Shown here: piece after piece, positions 15,602-26,800 of the stretch
Layout of the letters: each line of letters opens with the position of its first letter
Position numbering within the stretch: the first letter of the stretch is position 1
Assembly: GCA_030141605.1 (NCBI GenBank)
Contig: JAQGDQ010000089.1
Span: 1 to 64,000 of the forward strand
Direction of reading: 5' to 3'
DNA from: Tubiluchus corallicola
Lineage: Eukaryota > Animalia > Priapulida
Length of the DNA: 64,000 nt
Program-made: the position numbers and the translations under genes
Notes under the pieces: generated by a model
Databases searched by the model: none
Told to the model about the DNA's origin: nothing
What the model saw: the letters and a program-made list of their open reading frames with translations, nothing else

Positions 15602-18600
15602 CTCTTTCTGCCTGTCTGTTACTCCCTCTTCTCTTTCTCTCGCTTTCACACGTGCTCATTCTCTCTCACTTGCTCTTTCCCTCGCTTTTGTCCTCTCTGT
15701 CCTATTATACTCTCACTAACATATAAATGTTCTGTAACTCAAGTGAAAAGAACAAGTAGAGCAAATACTGTGAGTTGCTCAGCTGAAACTATGACAACTG
15801 ATTTGCTTTATCTTTAGTTTGTGATTGTGATGCATCCGGTGCAACCAGCCAGAAATGTAACCAGAACAGCGGCCAGTGCGACTGTCGTCCGAATGTCGTT
15901 GGTCGGCGATGTAACACATGTTTGGAGAATCACTGGAATATCACATCAAAGGACGGTTGTGTACCGTGCAACTGTAACACGGTATGTACATAACATGTCA
16001 TTTTATTGGGTGAATTAACTGTTAATGGTATTTAATTTATCTTTAACTATGTAAATAAGCATCAGTTTGAGAGATGAGCAATTCATTTAGCATATTCGCA
16101 TCCAGTGACAGAGGGTGAAAAAAGTCAAAGTATTTCCAATTTTGACTCCAAAAGCTCACGAGTTCAAGTTCAAGTCCAGGTTTGCTGAACTAATACCAGA
16201 AAATTTAAGTAGTAATAGTATTATAACTATACACTATGCAGTGCATAACAACAAAAAAGGTAGTTAATTATTATCATGAACTGAACGATTATTTCATAGA
16301 CTTATTTTAATCAGATACTTTTATTCAATCAAAATGTTTACACTAAATTCAATCTTGCTATGAAATCACTGTTTAATTTTACACACAAGATAGGTAAAGC
16401 AGTCTAAAGTGAAATTGTTTTTCTATGGCTTCTTAGTAAGACGCATTTCTCAAGTCTGAGTCTGAGTTCTAGCAAAAACTTGCTGGAGCGCACTCAAGTA
16501 CGAGTTATTTACTGAAATCTTTATTTTCTGGTTACAAATAAATTTAAATAAAGATAATGAGTAATAATAATTTATTAGCCTGACAGATGGCTCGTCGGGT
16601 TTACACAATTAAAAAATATAAAAAGATCACAGAGCTGAAAAAATGTTATGCCTTTAAACAAATTAAAATAAAATTAAGTCAGGCGACTAAAATTTACAGA
16701 AACAACTAAAATTACAGATACAATTTCTGAGACACCTTCCTTCATCTATTAACAAAAATTTGTATGTGCAACTTAAATTTTCCGCGATTATTATTGATGA
16801 AAAGTTCTGTCTAAACACCCACTTAGCAGTTTTGTTTTCGCATGTAAGTTATGTGTTTTAAATTTTTTGGTTACTGCAATTGGACAAATCTTTCTAAATG
16901 TAAAAGTTTTTTTGCACGACACTTTTGTGTTTTCCATTTGTAAGTGTAATAACTGAAGCTATAACCTTGTGCTTTGTTGTTGACAATTTTTGTGTGCTTT
17001 TTCAGATTGGCTCAACTAACACTACCTGTGACGTGCATAGTGGACAGTGTTATTGCAAACAAGGTGTATATGGATTACAGTGTGACAAGTGCCAGTATGG
17101 TTTCTATGGCTTTGGACCTGATGGTTGCAAGCGTAAGCTAATCACTGATTATGTTTGTTAGGAATGGACTGGATGCAGTTTACCTGGTTCCGGTTCTGGA
17201 TCTAGATAATTAAGATAAACATTATTTCTTCTCATTTGCCTTTTGGTCATGTCATTGTATTGCTTGTCCAATTTCAGAGTCATTAAGTAATTTCAAGTGG
17301 AAACACTGCAAATGTTGTTGTACTGTCTTTTTGAATACTTGATTCGTGCTTGGTTTAAATTAAAAAACCGCTAAACCATGATTTTACTGGAAGTAAAAGG
17401 CTCTAATTTTTTAGCAGACAAATAGCGTTATCTTTGTATGCTACTTGCTTCAAGGAACCACAGCATGAAGGTTGCTGGTATCACTTATGCTATAAGCATG
17501 GAGGCAAAAAATAGATTTTAATAGTTAATCATTCAAATTCTTTAAAAAATAAGACTATTCAGGTAATCAAAGTGCTATGTGCATTTTTTCTTACCCACCA
17601 CTCATAGTAGTTTTACACATAGAAAAATAAGAATACAAACAGTACAAAATTTGATGAATGTTTCTGGCAGATCCAGATCTGCTTCAGATCCATCAAAATT
17701 ACCGGATCTTGGGTTTCGGATCCGGATCCTGTGATGATTGGCTATACTGGACTAAAGCATGATTCTATGAAAAAGGCCTTTATCATAGTTCCATCAAAAG
17801 AAGTGTTTGAATAGAAACCTGCTCCCCTGGTTATGTAGTTTATGAACCGCATGTATCCCTAATACCAGAGTTAGAGTTGCCGTATTTTCGTTTGCACATA
17901 GTCATGATTCATTTGGTTCACTGGGTCACTGATCTATTAATTTTTAATTTATACCGTTATTATTATGTGGAAACTTCGAAAGAACAAATTTGATTCTATT
18001 ATTTTTCAAGGTGCCTCACTATGCATTCAGTTTGATCATATTTTGTTGCTAAAAAATCTTCCCTAACTATGCAAGACATCCTGCATCGTATTTACTGAAG
18101 TATTTGCTGAACTATCGTATCGTATTTATTCTTAGGTGTTTAAATTAGCTGAGTATCGTTTTTGCAGTGTTTGGAGCACGCTCTGTGAGAAATAAAATAA
18201 GATCATATATTGCATAGCAATATGTCTTGACTGTATTACAGTATTTGTCTGTTACCTTCCAGGATGTCCTCGATGTGAAAAACCCGGTCAGATCTGTGAC
18301 CCTGTCACTGGAGAATGCGTGTGTCCACCCAACACCGAGGGCGACCGCTGCGAGAAATGTGTCGATGGTACTTGGGGATATCACTACCTGGAAGGCTGCA
18401 AGGTTTGAATAATTCTGTTTTCAATTGTAATAGAAGTGAAAAGATTTCTTTCAACAAAATTTTATGCCATTGTTAGGGTGTGCTGTGCAGTGTTTGGTGA
18501 GTCAGGTTTGCACTCAGTAGATATTCCCTTAATGACAAACTGCATATTGACATGCTCAGTGTAATTGGACTGGCAGATTCAGTTTCTAAATAATTGTCAA

Positions 18601-21600
18601 TAATAGTTCTTTAACGTTATAAATTTTATCTGATATTTCATCACATTTTGATGCGTAATTTTGGCTGATAGAACTGCATTCATTCTATACATTCATGAAA
18701 ACATGAAATGCTTATAAATGTTTTTAATCATTACTATTTTATGTAACTTCATAAAATCGGTTTAAAATTGCGTTTAAAAAAGGACGATCTTGAATAGTCT
18801 AATAAATAGATAATAGTTCTTTAACGTTAAAAATTTTACTTGATATCTCATCACATTTTGATACATAATTGTGGCTGATTGCTGTGCGATTTTAAATTCA
18901 AACTGTATTCATTCTTTGTGAAAACACGAAATGCTTATAAGAGTTTTTAATCATTGCTAATTTATGTAATTTCATAAAATCGGCTTAAAATTGTTTTTAA
19001 AAAAGAACGATTCCGAATAATTAAATAAATGGATTATATGATTAAAGCTATTTTTAGATGCAGTTCAATGCGATATTTTTCGCATCTGTACTAATAACCT
19101 GTCATAAAAATTATAGCTCACATAATCTATACAAATTTATAAACAGAAGTAGCCACTGTTACTTGCTTTAAAAATGCTACACAAAAAATTCATTTGCTAT
19201 GCAAAATAGGAATTGATTACAAATTATTGCTAATCATTATTTTTAAAGTAAAAATTTTCCAAGCCTTTGATGAGGCGTTGGATTTACAGTAGTGTCTTAG
19301 TCATCTTTGATGTGCTAAATCCTCCCTCAACAAGATAATTAATCTGATGACAGCAGATCAAATGTCCATGTGGTCATCCATTTTTTATTGGCCAGATTTG
19401 GTACTGCCTAGTTTTTGGTTTCTAAGTATGCCACATGACCACTCAGCTATTTTGTCACCTCATTATCATTATAGTTTATGCTAGCATTGCAACATTTGCA
19501 AAAAATAAGTAGCTAAACTCTGTCTGAGGTAATATTATTTTGCTCTCTTTTGCTAATAATCTGTGTTTTTTCATTTTTTAGCCATGTGACTGCGATGACA
19601 GAGGATCCTTTGGCACTGACTGCAACGTCATCGAAGGTCAATGTCTCTGTCGTCAAGGATACACGGGCCGGAAGTGTGACCAGTGCACATTTGGTCACTT
19701 TGATTTCCCAATCTGTAAAAAGTGTCGATGCAGCATCGCTGGCACTAGTCCAGATCAGTGCAACGACGATGATGACTGTGCTTGTAATGAAAAGGGGGCG
19801 TGTCTGTGTAAGGTATGTGATGCAAAAAATGCTTTAAAATTTTGTTTAGTACTAATAATTTATTAAAGAGGTGAAGATTCAAAATTTTTAGTAACCACAT
19901 GCAGTTTAAACTTTTTAATAGCTGAAGCAGACTTGAGATTACTTGTTCTTGTTTTGCCCAATTTTAATTGTTATTATCATCATTAATGACTATACTATTA
20001 TTTATTTATTTGTCAAACAAAAGCAGTTTATTTTGCATCAAGTCAAAGTACAGTCAAACCTCTTTAGAACCGCCTACTTTGGAACTTCAAAAAAGTTTGG
20101 CTTTATAACGAGGTACATTAATACATACACATCTCTGCAAAATATAGGCATTTTGTTTTGCCAAAAATTTGTTCATTAAGCGTGGTTGGCATTATAAAAT
20201 GGGACGTTATAAGGCGGTGTAACCGTGTTTTGTTTCCTAGTCAAAGTGCATAAAACAGTGCATAGTTTACAAAAATGCAAACAGTACAAACAGCAAAAAA
20301 TTACACAGTTAGAGCAATAGACTCAACAATAATTATAATAAGAAATTATGCAATTAATAATATGCCTCCTGATATTTCTGTAAACACCAATGTGTCATAG
20401 CCTAGATCTGGAATGTTTTTGCACTATCGAAAACTTCACATAGCAAGGCTTGTATGAGAACAATTGGTAATTGTTGGCACCTTTTGACCATTGGTTTGTG
20501 TTTGGTGTTTAACATTGAAGAACTACACTAAAATTTTTGCATAATAGGAATTATAGGAACATAACACTATTGTTATGCTAATTTTGGTTGCTCCAATTTA
20601 TCATTTTTTCTAATTGCTTGATTAGTTTGTTTTGAAGTGATAGTAAATCTTTAACTGACATAAATTATAGGATAGTTTTTCACATCAAAATTAAATTTTC
20701 TAATCAAGTTTCTGACAGATGTTGTAGCTGCACTTGAAATGAACCAAAAAAGGTGCAGAAAAACTTTTCTCTGCGAGCAATTGAACCTGTGGCTATTTGG
20801 TCATAACATGCATGCTTTTCCAGTTGTAATGTATTTCTTTTACAGGAAAACGTGATGGGCAAAAAGTGCAAGAAATGCCGTAGTAATTCTTTCAGTTTAG
20901 CAGAGAGCAACCCCAGTGGTTGCACGTCTTGTTTCTGCTTTGAGAAGTCGGAGAAATGCAAACAAGCTGAGATGATTTGGTCAAATGTAACTGAACTTTA
21001 TTAGTTTCATAATAATTACTGTTAACATGCTGCAGATTCACAGCAGGTTATTAGTCAGGAGAAATCAAAATTAAAACAGTTAATAATCTTACTTAGCACA
21101 TAGTTCTTTCCATGTTAGGAGACGCACGAGGCCGTGACACTCTTTGTCCAAACCTTCCTCTAACTCCTCCATCCCACCCAACTTTTCTCCACTTCCACTG
21201 ACCTCCATCATTGTTTTCAGTCTCCCCTTGCCCTTCTTTCCTGTCCACTCCATCACAGTATTACAGTTATTTTCACTTTCCATCCTTAGGACTCAAAGTC
21301 AATTTCATCTCCTCCTTGTAATAGTCTTATAATCCTCATTCTAGTGATGAAACATGCAAATGATAGGAGTGACTTTTCAAGGTATAAAAATATATTGTAA
21401 TAATAAAACATTCAGATGGAAAAATGTATTTCACTAATAAAATATTGATCTTAGTATATATTTATAGCAATTGCACAGTGAAACTGCTGATAATTTATAT
21501 TAAAGCAGCATACTATGATGGTTCCTAAAGAATTCCCAATAAAGTTTGGAAATGATTTATGAAAATATCAATTATTTGGTAATGTAATGGTGTTCTTGCT

Positions 21601-22974
21601 TTGATAAGAAAAATTGTCGTTTACTATTGTTATATTGTCGTTTACTGTCGTTTGACATTATTATATATATATATATCACGCTCTATTTATATATACTGTA
21701 ATAGTGCCGTTAGTTCCACAACAATTAATAATCTGACAATAATTTTGCTTTAGATCACCTCTCCGGAACGTATTGTACAATTTAAAGAAGACGGGAGAGA
21801 CCCATTAGTTACAACAGCAGGATATAGCACTGTTCCCGTTGGTACTAAGTCATCGAGCTACCAGATGCCTCGAGGGCCTTTTCCTGTTTATTGGAGTCTT
21901 CCACAATCTTTCATTGGAGATAAGGTGCGTATTGCTCCCGAAAATTTTCATCAGTAGTAAGTAAAACCATGTCTTTGTGTAGATATGAAACATGTGTTCA
22001 AATAGCAAAAATTCAAGACAACGAATGTTGAACTGCAATTATCAAAAAAGTGCTGCCCTATTTCAACTTTTCTTTATTCTGTATTTGTCTAGGTGCTGTC
22101 ATATAACGGTGAGCTGTCTTTTGTCCTCAGCAACAAACCGCACATACGACGATTTGATCTGGAAACATTTGCCAATCATCCGTTAGTTCAGATTACTGGA
22201 AATTCACGTATCGTCCTGCAGTATTATCCAACAATGGAAGAACTTGAATACCTTAGAGAGGGAGCATTTAGCATACCTCTTAGAGAGGTCAGTAACTAGT
22301 ATAGAAGTGTGACGCATCACTCTTCAACTTAGCATGCATTGCAAAGGCTGCGAGAGCTTTAAATGCTAAGTTTTTTCGCTTATGCTCCGTTTTTCAAAAT
22401 TCATGTTACGCTCTTTTTATTCTATGATGTTTATGCTTGTAAATCTATGAAAAGCAGCAAGAGGTGCAAAAAAATCATTCAGTATGTGATTAAAAGTTTA
22501 GCTTGCCAAATTCTTGCGCAACAAGGTTAATTGCAGTTGATGAGCAGGTGACAGATTCAAGACCATGATAAATGTACCTGCTTGCAAACATTACGGTACT
22601 TAACTTGATTGTTTCTGTGTATATTTTAGTACACAAAAGCAAAGTAAAGATGACATAAAATTAGCAAAGGTTCTTTAATCACATACAAGTGTCTTATTTG
22701 AAGCAAAAATATTTAGTCATTTATGCGGAGTTATGTGAATCAACTACCGAAAGGTTTTATATACATTTGAATATGAGCAGTCGTACCAGACATTTTTAAG
22801 TCAATTAGACGACAGATTCTATTAACCGTGAGTATAATAAATGGCGCCCACTGTATTTAAACATACCTTCAATAGAAATTCCTAAGTTTCTTGATAGTTT
22901 ACTTTTTTTATTCTCTCTCTCTCCCTCCCTCCCTCCATCAATCCCTGCCTCCTTCCCTCCCTACCTCCCTCCTC

Positions 22975-23025
<51 letters not shown>

Positions 23026-23798
23026 ATCAGTCTAAAATTTTGATGAATTGCTTATCTTAAGCACTACTTTCCTGTTCAGGATAAGTGGAAGGGCAAAACT
23101 GATCCGGATATTCCGCTAACACGGAAAACTCTCATGGTTGCTCTGCAGAAAGTGGAGTCAGTTCTCATCCGTGCAACTTTTGTGGACAACATTGAACTTG
23201 CACGGTAAGCCAGTACTGAGTTCTAACATGTTTGCTTTGTCCCTTAACTGTCATTAATGTGATCCTTTCTTTAATGTATCTTTAGTTTCATAAAATTTAA
23301 ATTGTCGATTAGCTTCATAATTACATTCTTATTCTTTGTAATCTGTAGCGACTGGTGCACGATGCACTGCACGATGGCCACCCCTATTTTCACTCGATAT
23401 TATCGAAAACATTCATTATAATGAGTCTTTTTTCCTTAATTCTTTCTTTATACTTGTACATTATATAATCCTTAAGCTTAATGCCAGTAGCTATCCCCCA
23501 GTTCATGAAAAAATCCTTGTATGGAACTGTAAATTTCACAGTTCCAGCAATGTTTTATTTGTCTGTTGTGTGCATGCAGGCACTGTGAGAACAGTGCTGA
23601 CCCAGTTGTGTAAGTGTTTGTTTCGTTTTACACAATAGTTAAACAATGGCTAAAAATTTTCTGGATCAGCACCTATATATATATGTATATATACATCATT
23701 TTAGCTATGAACCACCAGTGTGTATAATGTTTGTGGCTATGATTTAATATCTAAATTCTAATACTATTTGTGACTAGTGCATTATGTAATAGTTGTTC

Positions 23799-23869
<71 letters not shown>

Positions 23870-26800
23870 ACTCACTCACTCCGTCACTCAACCAACCCAC
23901 TCACTCATATATAAGTGCAACTAGTAAATGTTGTTTCTTTGTGTTATTCATACTTTTTTGTGTTCACACTTCTTCACGTTAGGTATCGCCGGACTGGCTT
24001 TCAGATCAGGTAAAGTTTAGTTTTAGATGTATGGTAATGCATGCTTGCTGTTGTTTTTCTGGAATGTTTTTGCTATTCGGTATAACTGTTTGCAATGTTT
24101 TCATTATTAAGAATAAGTCATTGACAAGTTTTCCTTACAAAGTGCTAATGTTTGCATTAGGAAAATTATAAATACGATATAATTCAACTATAAACTTTTA
24201 CATGTATTAGTTATAAGTACTTGCTGAAGTTCAAATCAACCTATGTTAAACTGACTTTTTATTTGCCACCTTTAATTTTTTTCACATTTTTTTTATTTGC
24301 TTGTTTAACATTGCCCACCATTTTAGGTATTTTTTACAAATTTGTTTTTTTTTAATAATTATTATGGCTGCTGGTTGGCAGGAAAAAAAATCTTTTTACG
24401 ATTTTTTACATTGTGCATTGGCTTTTGAACGTTAACATTTCAGTTCTTATTATCCAATGATTGAACTAACAGTTCGAATTCTGCTGCCAGAATCATTGAA
24501 TTCCTACACTTAAAAACTCATCCAGTGCTTCTACATTAACGTTCTGAAGCCGTTTCGTCAAAAGATATGTTCATTGGTGATAGAAGATAGCGTACAGTAG
24601 AACTGTGATTAGTAGTAAACTTATTCTTTTCTGTGCCTTATCACGAGATTTTCAAGATTTTTCTAAAATAGCCATAGTCAAATTACACAAATAATATTGT
24701 TGTAAATTAGTTTCACACGTAATGTGCTTCATAATTTTATTTTAAAGAAATGGAAATGTTCTTTAGCATGTTGAGTTTACTTTATTGTTGTAATTTGAAT
24801 TCAGCTTTTTATAAGAAAGGAATTTGCAAAAAAAATCATCTGTAGCAAATATAGATAATTTATACTGCCGCTGTACAGAAATTTTCAAGTGTGGCAATTG
24901 CGCCATCATTCACTTGAAAATTATGACGTAACTGATCGGACTTTGTGGCTTTTTGTAAGCTCATTGTGGCTTTCTGTAACTGTACTCCTATTGGAATTTT
25001 TGTAAACTTCTGTAGCTTACCTGTTATCCATGCAGAAATGGCAGGTGTAATAGACAAAATTAACAGACAGAGAATTGCTTGACAGAGAAGAAATTTGACT
25101 CTTTTGTTTAGAGAAGTTCGAACTTAGGCCTCTGTCAGAAACATGTTTAAAGTACACCAGCGTGATTGACTACATTTATCGTGCGATGAGATAAACAGAT
25201 AAACTGTACTCCTCCAACAATGGAAAATAAGCCTTTTGCTATGTGCACGTGCACTTGCTGTAGCTCAAAGTTCAACTACAACCTTCATATGATACGTGGG
25301 TGAGTGAAAGTCGCCTGCTGCATCAGTTCAGTAACTTCAGTTGTTTTACGTGGAGTTTACTTAATTACACATTAGTCTGTGTGCAGAGTGACTTAGTAGC
25401 CAGACCTTGCTTGGGAACAAGAAAAAATGAACTAGGTAAGGTTCTAGCTAGCTGTTAAAACTGTTACTATTACAATGGCATGGGCTACAAGGCATTGCCA
25501 AGTGCACACAAATGCGTTGTCTGGTTCACTTAACCTTTGAGCTTTTCATAATCATTATCAGTGGCTGGAGCTGTGAAAAGGCTTTCTGGACTGATCAGAT
25601 TTTGTTACATTTTTGTCTTTAGTTTACAACGACTGTCACTTGATGTCGCTGTACCAATGAATGAGAGTAGCGGGAACATAGCTTTAGGTGTGGAACAGTG
25701 CCAATGCCCTCCTGAATACACGGGATCTTCATGTCAAGACCCGGCACCTGGTTTCTACAGGTATTTGTGAATTTAGTGCTGGTTGTAGTTACAAGGTTAA
25801 AAACCAACAGTAAAAAGAAATTGGGGAAACAATGAACTAGAAACTGTGTGTTGTCTTGTTTTTGAAGAAACAAAAAAGAAAGAAAAATTTGGAATGCAAA
25901 TCAACCAAATACCATTTTTGGATCTTATAATTTGTAATACAGAAACTGTTAAGCACAAAATTATAAACCGTAGAAAGATTGCAAGCGAACAATAGTAAAT
26001 AATATCAGGAATATCACACCATTAGTAATTCACACTTTATACAGCCTTGTGTTACAAAACAACATTTGTAAATGTATTTTTAGGGACAAAAAGGACGACT
26101 ACCTGGATAGTAATGACACCATAGATTTGGTGGGCGTTGCTCGCCCCTGCATGTGCAGTAACCATGGCGACATGTGCGAGAAAGAAACCGGAGCTTGTTT
26201 TGTGAGTTATTTTGTTTTTGAATCAGTGGGCTATGCATGGTCTATTCAAAGTGGGCTATGCATGGTTTTAAGTGCAGTCTATGAAAACTAAAGGCATTGA
26301 AATTTACTTCTTACATTTTGTTCTCATGTAGCAGTCACTTACCTAGAACTTATACATGCACAAAAAAGCAGGAAGTTTTGTAGTTTTGGTTTTTGGCATT
26401 ATCTTTATCTAGGACTGCAAGCATAACACTGCCGGCGACCGTTGCGACGAGTGTGCTCCTGGTTACTATGGCAACGCTACTGTAGGCACACCCTACGACT
26501 GCCAGCCGTGTGAATGCCCATTGCCAAATAACAAGTAAGTAAGCAATTTTCTTTGTTTATTAGCTTGATGTGACAGTGCTTATGGCACTATTTTTGACTT
26601 TTGAAAGTTTGGTTTTGGTATAGTAATTGTAGAAATACTACAGTATGGCAAATAGCAAAGTTCTCTTATTTTTGGTTGTACTCTTCTTTTATTACCAAGT
26701 AATGTTTTCAAGAAAAGTAAGCAGAGAACTTTTTCACAAATTTTTGTATGACACATTTGCTGTAGAAGCATTTCTGGTTCATTCAGTTTAATGGAGTTTT

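Noticed and set aside
15330-15719. ORF with poly-(SL) tail; also 23770-23982
   Set aside because: Translation of (CT)n microsatellites in intron sequence.
26225-26266. Two TGCATG motifs in a 25-bp tandem duplication after exon 26084-26201
   Set aside because: The adjacent exon is asymmetric and structurally required, so regulated skipping is unlikely; probably a local duplication.
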